Positions 1-9,167 of a stretch of DNA of 64,000 nucleotides are shown here, one piece after another. The notes under the pieces were generated by a model, which ran no database searches, was not told the origin of the DNA, and saw only the letters and a list, made by a program, of their open reading frames with translations. The stretch is taken from NCBI GenBank assembly GCA_963758035.1, contig CAVWTW010000008.1, forward strand, positions 34,917-98,916, in the 5' to 3' direction. This DNA is from an uncultured Actinomycetota bacterium (lineage in GTDB: Bacteria > Actinomycetota > Thermoleophilia > Solirubrobacterales > Solirubrobacteraceae). Made by a program: the position numbers and the translations under genes. Position 1 is the stretch's first letter. The number at the start of each line of letters is the position of its first letter.

Positions 1-62
1 ATCAGCGACACCACGATGGCCGCGGCGTGGATGAAGACCCGGTAGCGCAGCGAGTCACGCAT
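1..62 (-). CDS. ABC sugar transporter permease, N-terminal fragment (gene runs off the window start)
   Basis: ATG at 62..60 (minus) reads MRDSLRYRVFIHAAAIVVSLI, a hydrophobic start. It lies 42 nt downstream of the preceding permease gene in the same orientation. Too short for a homology judgement. Confidence 0.4.
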   Translation of the reverse strand, partial: MRDSLRYRVFIHAAAIVVSL

Positions 63-104
63 CAGTGGTCGTTCCCGTATGTGTGTTCTGGGGCCATCAC
101 GCCA

Positions 105-1073
105 TCACGCCATCCCGTAGCTGTCGGAGCGCAGGAGGCGGATATAGACGATGGCCAGGACCATGATGAAGACGACGATCAGGTAGGCCAGGGCGGAGCC
201 GTAGCCGAAGAACTCGTCGGAGAAGGCCCGCTGGTAGGTGTAGAAGGCGATGCTCTGGGTGCCGTTGGCGGGCCCGCCCCCGGTCATCACGTAGATGATG
301 TCGAACACCTTGAAGGCCTCGATCGTGCGCAGGACGAGCACCACCACGATCACCGGGCGCAGCAGCGGCAGCGTGATGTGCACGAACGCGCCCCACCGGC
401 CGTAGCCGTCCACGCGCGCCGCTTCGTAGAGATCGCGCGGGATGGTGGTGAGCCCCGCCAGCAGGAAGAAGGCCACCAGCGACGTGTTCTTCCAGACGTC
501 GGCCCACACCACGATGTTGAGCGCGGCGAACGGCGAACTGAGGAACGCGTGGTAAGAGCTGGTGATGCCCAGCTGCGTCAGCGCGGCGTTGACCACGCCG
601 TACTGGGCGTTGAAGAAGTAGCGCCACATGGCGCCGTTGACGATCGTCGGCAGCGCCCACGGCAGCACGACGATCGTGCGGAACAACCACCGCCCGCGCA
701 GCGGCGCGTAGAGAAGCAGAGCGATCCCCATCCCGAAGACCAGCTCGAAGCCGGTCGAGACGAAGGTGAAGTACGCCGTGCGCTCGATCGCAGACCAGAA
801 GTCCGACTGCTGCAGCGCGAACTTGTAGTTGTCCAGGCCGACCCACGGGAAGTGACCGGGGAACGGGGTGTCGACCGCGAACAGCGACGTGTAGAGCGTG
901 CGCAGGATCGGATAGACGACGATCCCGAACACCACGACGATGCTCGGTGCCAGCAGCGCGAGCGCGAAGCGGCCCTCACGGGTCCGGGCGCGCCAGCCGG
1001 TGCCCCTTGCGCGGGGGGCAGGTGGGCTGGAGGGGCCTGATGTCGTGGGGAGCTGCGCGGCGGACTCGGTCAC
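105..1073 (-). CDS. carbohydrate ABC transporter permease (MalF/UgpA-like)
   Basis: 322-aa ORF with several hydrophobic spans and a binding-protein-dependent permease loop region (RTIEAFKVFDIIYVMTGGGP). It lies between a solute-binding-protein gene and a second permease. Confidence 0.9.
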   Translation of the reverse strand: MTESAAQLPTTSGPSSPPAPRARGTGWRARTREGRFALALLAPSIVVVFGIVVYPILRTLYTSLFAVDTPFPGHFPWVGLDNYKFALQQSDFWSAIERTAYFTFVSTGFELVFGMGIALLLYAPLRGRWLFRTIVVLPWALPTIVNGAMWRYFFNAQYGVVNAALTQLGITSSYHAFLSSPFAALNIVVWADVWKNTSLVAFFLLAGLTTIPRDLYEAARVDGYGRWGAFVHITLPLLRPVIVVVLVLRTIEAFKVFDIIYVMTGGGPANGTQSIAFYTYQRAFSDEFFGYGSALAYLIVVFIMVLAIVYIRLLRSDSYGMA

Positions 1074-1103
1074 GGCCGGATCATGTGCGACCCCGCTGAC
1101 GGA

Positions 1104-2456
1104 TCACGCCGGCGGCCCGCTGGAGCTGAAGGCGGCGGCGGCCGCGTTGAGCGCGGCCTGTGGCGACTTCTTGCCCAGCAGCGCATCCTGGATCTGCACC
1201 TGCAGCGCCTGGGAGGAGGCGTTGTAGTTGGCCACCTGGGGGCGCAGGATCATGTTGGGCAGCTGGGTCTTGGCCACCGACACGAGCTGCTCGCCGGCCT
1301 TCTTGACCACCGCGGGGTCGGTGTAGGACGCTGACCAGATCGGCAGCGAGTCGACGACGTACTGGTTCTGCACCGACTGGCTGGTGATGAACTTGATGTA
1401 CTGCCAGGCCTCGTTGGGGTGCTTGGTGCCGCTGGTGACCATCACCGGCTGGCCTCCGTTGCAGCCGGGCGCGGCGCCTGCGGTGCCCGACGGCGTGTGC
1501 AGGATCATCACGTCGTCCTTGGCCACCTGGCTCTGCTTGGGGTCGAGCGAGGCGGCGAGCTGGAAGGTCCAGTTGAGGTTCATCGCGATCTTGCCCTGGG
1601 CGAAAGCCTTGAGCACGTCCTCCTCCAGCGAACTGGTGGAGGCCGGGTCGGCCAGACCCTGGTCGAGCAGCATCTTCATGAACTCGAGCGCCTGCAGCCC
1701 ACCGCCGGTCTGGAAGGCCGGCTTGCCGGAGGCGTCCAGGAACTTGCCGCCGAAGGCTCCGAGCAACTGGGCGTAGTCGCACACCACGGCCTCCGCCTGG
1801 GACCAGCTCCCCAGCCACGGGTACTTGACCAGTCCCTTGCTCTTGATCTGCTTGAGCGCGGCCACCACGCCGTCCCACGTCTTCAGCGACGCGGGGTTGA
1901 CGCCCGCCTTCTTGAGCATCGACCCGTTGGCGTACATGTACTTGGTGTCCAGGATCCACGGCATCCCGTAGTACTTGCTCTTGTAATCGGCCATGACGAG
2001 CGCGCCCGGGAAGATCTGGCTGGTGGGCAGCGACTTCACATCGGAGCTGATGTCCTTGACGATCCCCTTGGAGCCGAACTCCGCCGGCCAGATGCAGTCA
2101 CCCAGGACGACGTCATAGGTTCCCGCCGGTGCGGCCGCGACGATCTTGTCGTGCAGCGCCTCGTAGGCGACCAGCGTGTTATTGACCTTGATGTGGGGGT
2201 TGGCCTGCTCGAACATCTTGGTCATCCCCGCCAGGTCCGACGCGCTGTAGCCCGCCTGCTGCTGGAAGAGGTTGTTGAGCGTCACCGGGCCGGAGCTCGC
2301 CGCCGGGGCGCTGCTGGAGGCGGCGCCGGAGCTGGCGGCGCTCGAGCTCGAACTCGAGCTCGAGCCCCCGCAGGCGGCCAGGTACAGCCCCATGCCCGCG
2401 GTCGCGGTGGTCGTGATGAAGCCGCGGCGCGTCGTCCGCTTCTGCTCGTGAGACAT
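1104..2456 (-). CDS. sugar-binding lipoprotein of ABC transporter (family 1 solute-binding protein)
   Basis: ORF 1104..2471. I prefer the ATG at 2456 because GAGGAGA lies about 6 nt upstream. The N-terminus MSHEQKRTTRRGFITT...LAACGG is a twin-arginine signal plus lipobox, followed by a Ser-rich linker. Confidence 0.85.
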   Translation of the reverse strand: MSHEQKRTTRRGFITTTATAGMGLYLAACGGSSSSSSSSAASSGAASSSAPAASSGPVTLNNLFQQQAGYSASDLAGMTKMFEQANPHIKVNNTLVAYEALHDKIVAAAPAGTYDVVLGDCIWPAEFGSKGIVKDISSDVKSLPTSQIFPGALVMADYKSKYYGMPWILDTKYMYANGSMLKKAGVNPASLKTWDGVVAALKQIKSKGLVKYPWLGSWSQAEAVVCDYAQLLGAFGGKFLDASGKPAFQTGGGLQALEFMKMLLDQGLADPASTSSLEEDVLKAFAQGKIAMNLNWTFQLAASLDPKQSQVAKDDVMILHTPSGTAGAAPGCNGGQPVMVTSGTKHPNEAWQYIKFITSQSVQNQYVVDSLPIWSASYTDPAVVKKAGEQLVSVAKTQLPNMILRPQVANYNASSQALQVQIQDALLGKKSPQAALNAAAAAFSSSGPPA

Positions 2457-2571
2457 CTGGGCTCTCCTCATACCAGCAAGCCGGCTTTTGTAAGAAGCTT
2501 GATCTAACGACCATACAATTCGTATTCTGAGGCGTCAAGATGCGCAATTCATTCGTAAGGAACTCTTGACA

Positions 2572-3837
2572 ATGCCGGATCGCGACGTAGACAGCTCACC
2601 GTTGGTGGTGGCGGCCGGCCCGCCGGACTCGCGGCTGGGCCTTCTCCGTGAGCTGGGTGAGCAGGCGGTGCTGGAGGCGATCTTCCGTCGCGGTCCGGTC
2701 ACCCGTCCTGAGATCGCCTCAGCCACCGGGCTGTCCAAGCCGACGGTGGGCGCCGCCGTGGGCCGCCTGGAGCAGGCCGGGATGATCTCGGCCGTCGGCC
2801 CGCAGCACGGCCGCCGCGGGCGTAGCCCGATCGCCTACGTCGTCCGCGACAACGCCGGCTTCGTCGTCGCGCTCGACCTCGGGGGCACCAACATCCGAGC
2901 GGGCGCCGCGGACGTCTTCGGCGAGATGATCTATGACGAGCTCGAGCCGACCACCAAGGCGGGCGGCAGGGCGCTGTCGGCGCAGCTCGCCGACGTCACC
3001 ACCCGCGCCGTCGAGCGCGGCCGCGCCACTCACGACCGCCTACTCGCCATCGCCATCTCGACGCCAGGCGTGGTGGACCGCGAGACCGGCCGGGTCCGCC
3101 TCGCCTACAACGTGTCCGCCGACGGCGCGCTCGACCCGCTGAGCGCGGTGGGCTCGCGCTTCGAGGTCCCCGTCCTCATCGACAACAACATCAACCTCGC
3201 CGCGCGGGGCGAGAAGTCGTTCGGGCTGGCTCGGGGGGTCTCGACGATGGTGTTCATCGGCATCGGCGCCGGGGTCGGGATGGGGATCATCATGCACGAC
3301 GAGCTGGTGCGCGGCGCCCACGGGGCGGCGGGCGAGATCGCGTACCTGCCGCTCGTCGGTGATCCCTTCGATCCGCGGCACAAGCTGCACGGCGGCCTGG
3401 AGGACGAGATCGGGGCGGCGGGCGTGCTCGCCGGCTTCGCGGCTCGCGCCCCCGGGCGCACGGGCGAGGTGGCGACCGCCCAGGACGTCTTCGAGCTGGC
3501 CGGCGCCGGCGACAACGACGCCAGAGCGGTGGTGGAGCACATCGCCGCCCGGCTGGGCTCGGCCATCGCCACCGTGTGCGCGATCCTCGATCCGGAGCTC
3601 GTCGTCCTCGGCGGCGGGATCGGCTCGAGCCCCTTGCTGCTGCGGCCCGTGCGTGGGGCTGCGGCGGCGCTCGTGCCGCTCACCGCGCGGATCGAGACGA
3701 GCCTGCTCGGTGACCAGGCGGCTCTGCGCGGGGCGATCGCCGTCGCCCTGCACGCGGCGCGCAGCCAGCTGATTCCCCAGGGCGGCGCCGCCGGCGCCCG
3801 CCGAGCCGCCTCGGCGCGCGGCGAGCTCATCCGTTAG
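2572..3837 (+). CDS. ROK-family transcriptional regulator (N-terminal wHTH plus ROK sugar-kinase-like domain), CsnR/NagC-like
   Basis: N-terminal HTH region (RPEIASATGLSKPTVGAAVGRLEQAGMI) followed by the ROK core (LDLGGTNIRAG..., GIGAGVGMGI, GAAGEIAY). The track start TTG 2566 is part of a TTGACA, so ATG 2572 is preferred. Divergent from the SBP gene. Confidence 0.85.
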   Translation: MPDRDVDSSPLVVAAGPPDSRLGLLRELGEQAVLEAIFRRGPVTRPEIASATGLSKPTVGAAVGRLEQAGMISAVGPQHGRRGRSPIAYVVRDNAGFVVALDLGGTNIRAGAADVFGEMIYDELEPTTKAGGRALSAQLADVTTRAVERGRATHDRLLAIAISTPGVVDRETGRVRLAYNVSADGALDPLSAVGSRFEVPVLIDNNINLAARGEKSFGLARGVSTMVFIGIGAGVGMGIIMHDELVRGAHGAAGEIAYLPLVGDPFDPRHKLHGGLEDEIGAAGVLAGFAARAPGRTGEVATAQDVFELAGAGDNDARAVVEHIAARLGSAIATVCAILDPELVVLGGGIGSSPLLLRPVRGAAAALVPLTARIETSLLGDQAALRGAIAVALHAARSQLIPQGGAAGARRAASARGELIR

Positions 3838-3863
3838 ACACACCCGCAGAGGAGAGAGACCGC

Positions 3864-5051
3864 ATGGCCGCAATCGAGATCCAGGACGTGAGCAAGCGCT
3901 ACCGCGATGGGACCGTGGCCGTGCGCGAGCTCAGCCTGCAGATCGCCGACGGCGAGTTCACGGTCCTGGTCGGCCCGTCCGGATGCGGCAAGACGACGCT
4001 GCTGCGAATGATCGCGGGGCTGGAGGAGATCAGCGACGGGACGATCTCGATCGGGGAGCGGGTCGTCAACGACCTCACCCCCAAAGACCGCGACATCGCC
4101 ATGGTGTTCCAGAACTACGCGCTCTATCCGCACATGACGGTGGCGAAGAACATGGGCTTCGCCCTGCGCCGCGCCGGGGTGCCCGGCGAGGAGATCCGCA
4201 GCAAGGTGCACCACGCCGCCGAGCTGCTGGGCATCGCCGACCAGCTCGAGCGCAAGCCCGGCAACCTCTCCGGCGGCCAGCGCCAGCGGGTCGCGATGGG
4301 CCGCGCCATCGTCCGCGACCCCCAGGCATTCCTGATGGATGAGCCCCTGTCCAACCTCGACGCCAAGCTGCGCATCCAGATGCGGTCCGAGATCACCCGC
4401 ATCCAGCGCCGGCTGCACACCACCACGGTGTACGTCACCCACGACCAGACCGAGGCGATGACCCTTGGCGATCGGCTAGCCGTCATGCGCGACGGCGTGC
4501 TCCAGCAGGTCGGCACGCCGGACGACCTCTATGAGCGCCCGCTGAACCTGTTCGTGGCGGGCTTCATCGGCTCGCCGGCGATGAACTTCCTCATCGGCAA
4601 CATCGCCGACGGAGCGCTCACCTCCCCGCTGGGCACGATCGCGTTGGGCGATCTCGGCGGATCGGACCCCACCCACCCCGCACATACCGGTCGAGTGGTG
4701 GTGGGGGTGCGGCCCGAGAGCTTCGAGGACGAGGTGACCGTCGGCGAGCGGCCGGGGCATGTCGCGGTCACCGCGACCGTGGACGTGCTGGAGTCCACCG
4801 GATCAGACGTCTACGCGCACCTGTCGCTCAACGGTCACGGTCCGTCGGCCGCCGACGAGCCGCTGCTGCGCGAACTGGCGCAGGCCACGGCCTCCGAGGA
4901 CCCGGAGGTCGCGCTGGCCGGAGGTTCGGAGCTCGTGGCGCGGGTGAGCGTGTCGCACTCGCTCACCGAGGGCCAGGAGGGCCGTCTGTGGATCGACACC
5001 CGCCGACTCCACCTGTTCGACCCCGCCACCGGCCGACGCATCTCCGCCTGA
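3864..5051 (+). CDS. sugar ABC transporter ATP-binding protein (MsiK/UgpC/MalK-like)
   Basis: Walker A GPSGCGKTT, signature LSGGQRQRV, Walker B FLMDEPLSNLD, H-loop VTHDQ, and a C-terminal MalK-type regulatory domain. SD GAGGAGAGAG lies upstream. Confidence 0.93.
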   Translation: MAAIEIQDVSKRYRDGTVAVRELSLQIADGEFTVLVGPSGCGKTTLLRMIAGLEEISDGTISIGERVVNDLTPKDRDIAMVFQNYALYPHMTVAKNMGFALRRAGVPGEEIRSKVHHAAELLGIADQLERKPGNLSGGQRQRVAMGRAIVRDPQAFLMDEPLSNLDAKLRIQMRSEITRIQRRLHTTTVYVTHDQTEAMTLGDRLAVMRDGVLQQVGTPDDLYERPLNLFVAGFIGSPAMNFLIGNIADGALTSPLGTIALGDLGGSDPTHPAHTGRVVVGVRPESFEDEVTVGERPGHVAVTATVDVLESTGSDVYAHLSLNGHGPSAADEPLLRELAQATASEDPEVALAGGSELVARVSVSHSLTEGQEGRLWIDTRRLHLFDPATGRRISA

Positions 5052-5073
5052 CGAACGAGAGCTGAGCCCCGGC

Positions 5074-5925
5074 GTGCTCGCGATCCTCGGCGGGCTCGGG
5101 GCCGCGGCCGCATGGGCTGTGTCGGTGCTGTGCTCGTCGCGCTCGAGCCGGTTGATCGAGCCGATGGCCGTCGTCGCGTGGGTGATGCTCGTCGGCCTGG
5201 TCGTCGCCGCTCCGCTCGCGGCTGTGACCGGCGTCCCGGCGCGCCTGCACGGCGCCGCGCTGGTGTGGCTCATCGTGTCGGGCGCCGGAAACGTCGGCGG
5301 CCTGATCGTCAACTACTACGCCCTGCGCCGCGGCCAGGTCTCGCTGGTGGCGCCGATCGTCTCCACCGAGGGCGCGATCGCCGCCGTCATCTCGGTGATC
5401 GCGGGCCAGGCCCTGGCCGCGTCGGTGGCGGTCACGCTGGTGGTGATCGTCGTCGGCGTCGTGCTCGCGTCGGTCCCGGCGCCCGATCTCGCGGTCCAGG
5501 ACGCCGCGCGCCATCCGGGGACGGTCCTCCTCGCGATGATCTCGGCCGTCACCTTCGGCGTGAGCCTCTACGCCACCGGTCGTGCGGGGGCGCTGCTGCC
5601 GGCCTCGTGGGTGGTGCTCTCGGCCCGGTTGATCGGCGCCGTCACGCTCGCGCTCCCGCTGCTGCTGGCGGGCCGCCTGCGCCTCACCCGGCGGGCGGCG
5701 CCGCTGGTCGTCGCCTCCGGACTGGCCGAGGTGGCCGGCTTCTACTCCTATACGCTCGGGTCGCGCCACGGGCTCGCGATCGCAGCTGTCCTCTCCTCGC
5801 AGTTCGCGGTGCTCGCCCTGGCGGCCTCCTACGTGCTGTTCGGCGAGCGGCTCAGCCGGGTCCAGTTGGCCGGAGTGGCGTGCGTGCTGGTCGGAGTCGC
5901 GGCGCTGAGCGCGCTGCGCGCCTGA
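5074..5925 (+). CDS. EamA/DMT-family transporter
   Basis: 283-aa, about 10-TM hydrophobic protein with two internally similar halves typical of EamA domains. Confidence 0.7.
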   Translation: MLAILGGLGAAAAWAVSVLCSSRSSRLIEPMAVVAWVMLVGLVVAAPLAAVTGVPARLHGAALVWLIVSGAGNVGGLIVNYYALRRGQVSLVAPIVSTEGAIAAVISVIAGQALAASVAVTLVVIVVGVVLASVPAPDLAVQDAARHPGTVLLAMISAVTFGVSLYATGRAGALLPASWVVLSARLIGAVTLALPLLLAGRLRLTRRAAPLVVASGLAEVAGFYSYTLGSRHGLAIAAVLSSQFAVLALAASYVLFGERLSRVQLAGVACVLVGVAALSALRA

Positions 5926-6055
5926 CTCAACTGCGGGCGATCGCGCGGGGAGCTTGGTCACCCCGGCGCTGACGGTGTCCCTCGGCCGGGCCTGGTGGGA
6001 GATTTCGGGCCTGTGAGGCCGCCGCCCCTTTCATCCCAAAAGCCATTGCACAGAG

Positions 6056-6106
6056 CGGGTTTTGGGAGATCAGCGTTACCGCGTGACGGTGATCTCCCAC
6101 GACCCG
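6056..6106. repeat. long imperfect inverted repeat (CGGGTTTTGGGAGATCA - 17 nt - TGATCTCCCACGACCCG); a third half-site copy TGGGAGAT lies at 5996..6003
   Basis: Read directly: 10 contiguous perfect pairs (TGGGAGATCA/TGATCTCCCA) plus 5 outer pairs (CGGGT/ACCCG). It lies in the 320-bp non-coding gap upstream of the GH2 gene. Confidence 0.8.
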
Positions 6107-6245
6107 TTCTGGCGAGCGGTGGCCAACCTCCAAGCACCGCCTGGCCAGAAGGGTCGGGGACGGTTATTCGACGGCGGCCTTACAAATAGCGACGTCATTC
6201 CATGCCTTGACAGCGGCGATACGTTCTGTTTCGGGAGGAGATCTT

Positions 6246-9071
6246 ATGAATTGTTTGCGTCGTTGTCATCATGTCCGCGTCGGACTGCCGCTGATCGTCG
6301 TCGGGGCCGCCCTCGGCCTGCTGACCGCTCCGGCGGTCGCCGGAGCCGCCACCACGACGTTGGGCCTGCGCGGCTGGCAGGTTCAGAGCAGCGCCTCCGC
6401 AGGCCACGACGGCGCTGCCATCTCACGTCCGGGATTCGCCGCCCGCGGCTGGTTGAAGGTCGCGCCTGACGACGGGGGCGCGCCCGGGACCGAGGTGGAG
6501 GCGCTGGTCCAGAACGGGCGCTGTCCGCACGTTTTCTTCTCCACCAACCTCAAGCGCTGCTTCGGCTACATGAAGTCGGTCGGCGCCGACACGATCCCGC
6601 GTTTCGCCGCTCCATGGTGGTTTCGGACCACGTTCAGCGGGGCGGCCGACTCGCATGCGAGTCTCGTCGTCAACGGCGTCGTCGGCGAGGCCGACCTGTG
6701 GCTCAACGGTCACGAGGTCGCCGGCCACCACACGCTGCAGGGCGCCTTCACCCAGTACGTCTACAACGTCTCGGGGCTTCTGCGCCACGGCGCCAACGCG
6801 GTCGCCTTCCGGCTGTACCCCAACGACCCGAACACGATGTTCACGCTCGACAACGTCGATTGGACGCAGATCCCGCCGGACAACAACACCGGCATCCAGT
6901 TCCCGGTCCAGTTGCACACCTCGGCGGCGCTGGCCATCTCAGACGCCCACGTCCTGCAGCACAACGCTCCGCGCGTGACCAGCTCGGCGCTGACCCTGCG
7001 CGCGCAGGTGGCCAACCCGACTGCCCGCAGGCAGTCCGGCGTGCTCACGGCGCAGGTGACCCCGCCGTCGGGGCCCCGGATCCGGATCACTCACCCAGTG
7101 AGCCTGCCGGCCCACACGACGACGACCGTGTCGCTCACGCCGGCGGCCTTCCCCTCGCTGCGCATCCGCCACCCCCAGGTGTGGTGGCCCTATCAGATGG
7201 GCGCTCAGCCGCTTTACGGCCTCACCATGGGCGTCAGCCGGCACGGCGGGCCCGCCGACACGCAGTCAGAGACCTTCGGCATCCGCACCATCACCACGCG
7301 CCTGATCGGCGCCTCGCCGATCGCGCCACACGGGTCACGCCAGTTCCTGGTCAATGGCCGCCCCGTCCTGTTCCGCGGCGGCGGCTGGTCGGAGGACCTG
7401 TTCCTGCACTACTCGGCGGCCGACACCGCCAACCAGATCGCGCTCATCAAGAACCTGGGTCTCAACGGCATCCGCACCGAGGGCAAGCAGATGCCCGCGG
7501 ACTTCTACGAGCAGATGGACCGCGCGGGCATCCTCGTCGACGCCGGCTTCCAGTGCTGCGACGCCTGGGAGCTGCCCGCCGACGGTAAGGGCGTCACCGC
7601 CCACGACTACCGCGTGCTGGCCAACTCGGCGCTCGCCATCGGCCGCGAGCTGCGCAACCACCCGAGCATCCTCAACTTCAGCTGGTCAGACAACAACCCG
7701 ATCCCGCGCCAGGCGGCCGTCTCAATCGCCGCGTTCCGGCGCGCCGACTTCCAGGAGCCGCTCATCGCCTCGGCCGAGTACAAGAGCGCTCCGGGCCTCG
7801 GGCCATCGGGGGAGAAGGAGGGCCCGTATGACTGGGTGCCGCCCTCCTACTGGTACGACACCAGCCACTACGCCTCCAGCGACAGCAGCCGCACCAACGT
7901 CGGCGGCGCCTGGGCGTTTGATTCGGAGGCCAGCGCCGGCGCCACCATCCCCACGCTGGACTCGATCGACCGCTTCCTGTCGCCGTTCGAGCAGACCCAG
8001 CTGTGGAAGGCGCCCAACTACAACCAGTACCACCTCAACTACGAACCGGGCCTGCCCGGCCCCTCCAACGGCGGCTACTCGTTCGGCACCCTGCACGACC
8101 TCGACCGCGCCATGCAGGCGCGCTACGGCCCGTGGTCGAGTCTGTCGCAGTACGTGAGCGAGGGGCAGTTGGCCAACTACGAGACACAGCGCGCGGAGTT
8201 CGAGGCCTATGTCGATCACTCGTCGCGGGCCAAGGCCCCGTCAACCGGCATCGTGTACTGGCAGCTCAACAAGGGCTGGCCGACGTTGCTGTGGGACCTC
8301 TACAACAACGACTACGACCAGGCCGGCAGCTACTTCGGCGCCCAGGAGGCCAACAAGCCGCTCCATGTCATCTACGCCTACGGGAGCGGCACGGTGTCGG
8401 TGGCCAACCTCACCGGGGCGCCGGCGACCGGCCTGGCGGTCCAGAGCCGGGTGTTCTCGGTGGCGGGCAAGCTGCTTGATGACAGAACGGCGCCGAGCGT
8501 CGCGGTTGGCCCTGGCCGCGCACGGGAGAACGTGCTCCGCCCCGCCGTGCCCGCCGCCACCAAGCCCGGGGCCAAGGCGCAGACCTACTTCGTCGAGTTG
8601 CTCCTGCGCCGCGGCGGACAGGTGGTGGACCGCAATGTGTACTGGCTCTCCACGCGGCCGGATGTCGTCAACTGGTCCAAGACCATCGGCCAGCCGCAGG
8701 CGACGATGACCTCGTTCGCGGACCTGCGCGGACTGCGTCAGCTGGCCTCAGCGCGGGTGAGCGTGACCGCCCACACCACCGCCGACGGCAGCGACGATGT
8801 GACCGACATCAACATCGCCAACACCTCCACCACGGCGGCGCCCGCCTTCTTCCTGCGCGCCGACGTTCGGCGGGGCAGCACCGCCGGAGTGCCGTCGCCG
8901 GGAGACGACGAGGTACTGCCGGCGTTGTGGTCAGACAACGACACGACCCTGTGGCCGGGCGAGTCCGAGACGCTCCAGGTTCGCTACGCCGCGGCGGCGC
9001 TGAACGGAGCCGCGCCCGTGATCACGGTCTCGGGCGAGAACGTCTCCGCGCAGCACGTGCCGGCGAGCTGA
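6246..9071 (+). CDS. csxA: GH2 exo-beta-D-glucosaminidase (CsxA-like), secreted
   Basis: ATG 6246 lies 5 nt after GGGAGGAG. Signal peptide ...LTAPAVAGAATTT. Blocks PWWFRT, ADLWLNGHEV, VAFRLYPNDPN and DWTQIPPDNNTGIQFPV match my recollection of Amycolatopsis CsxA (PWWYRT, ADVWVNG, VAFKVYPNDPN, DWAQTPPDQNMGI). Confidence 0.8.
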   Translation: MNCLRRCHHVRVGLPLIVVGAALGLLTAPAVAGAATTTLGLRGWQVQSSASAGHDGAAISRPGFAARGWLKVAPDDGGAPGTEVEALVQNGRCPHVFFSTNLKRCFGYMKSVGADTIPRFAAPWWFRTTFSGAADSHASLVVNGVVGEADLWLNGHEVAGHHTLQGAFTQYVYNVSGLLRHGANAVAFRLYPNDPNTMFTLDNVDWTQIPPDNNTGIQFPVQLHTSAALAISDAHVLQHNAPRVTSSALTLRAQVANPTARRQSGVLTAQVTPPSGPRIRITHPVSLPAHTTTTVSLTPAAFPSLRIRHPQVWWPYQMGAQPLYGLTMGVSRHGGPADTQSETFGIRTITTRLIGASPIAPHGSRQFLVNGRPVLFRGGGWSEDLFLHYSAADTANQIALIKNLGLNGIRTEGKQMPADFYEQMDRAGILVDAGFQCCDAWELPADGKGVTAHDYRVLANSALAIGRELRNHPSILNFSWSDNNPIPRQAAVSIAAFRRADFQEPLIASAEYKSAPGLGPSGEKEGPYDWVPPSYWYDTSHYASSDSSRTNVGGAWAFDSEASAGATIPTLDSIDRFLSPFEQTQLWKAPNYNQYHLNYEPGLPGPSNGGYSFGTLHDLDRAMQARYGPWSSLSQYVSEGQLANYETQRAEFEAYVDHSSRAKAPSTGIVYWQLNKGWPTLLWDLYNNDYDQAGSYFGAQEANKPLHVIYAYGSGTVSVANLTGAPATGLAVQSRVFSVAGKLLDDRTAPSVAVGPGRARENVLRPAVPAATKPGAKAQTYFVELLLRRGGQVVDRNVYWLSTRPDVVNWSKTIGQPQATMTSFADLRGLRQLASARVSVTAHTTADGSDDVTDINIANTSTTAAPAFFLRADVRRGSTAGVPSPGDDEVLPALWSDNDTTLWPGESETLQVRYAAAALNGAAPVITVSGENVSAQHVPAS

Positions 9072-9122
9072 GCTGGCCGGCTCGCCGCGTCGCCCACGCC
9101 GGGAGCGGATGTAGTCCGGACG

Positions 9123-9161
9123 TTATCCAGATCTTGAACGATTCCAGATAACTGATACGTT
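9123..9161 (+). promoter_or_regulatory. furA promoter with FurA-type AT-rich operator overlapping the -35
   Basis: TTATCCAGATCTTGAACGATTCCAGATAA is an imperfect inverted repeat (TTATC...GATAA). TTGAAC (9134..9139) and TACGTT (9156..9161) are spaced 16 nt and end 6 nt before the GTG start at 9168, implying a leaderless transcript. TCTTGA-N5-ATTCCAGA resembles the mycobacterial furA operator as I recall it. Confidence 0.55.
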
Positions 9162-9167
9162 GGAGCG

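Noticed and set aside
2457-2571. Operator for the ROK regulator in the AT-rich divergent spacer. Direct repeats CAATTC at 2516..2521 (context CAATTCGTA) and at 2545..2550 (context CAATTCATTCGTA).
   Set aside because: The repeats are short and direct rather than palindromic. I cannot recall the CsnR box well enough to claim a match, so I mention it only as an EMSA target.
3838-3863. msiK RNA motif upstream of the MsiK-like ATPase gene.
   Set aside because: Only 26 nt separate the ROK stop from the ATPase start, so there is no room for a structured leader.
6207-6245. TTG 6207 as the start of the GH2 gene (the track ORF 6207..9071).
   Set aside because: The TTG is the first half of a TTGACA hexamer in non-coding-looking sequence. 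ATG 6246 has GGGAGGAG 5 nt upstream and begins a proper signal peptide.
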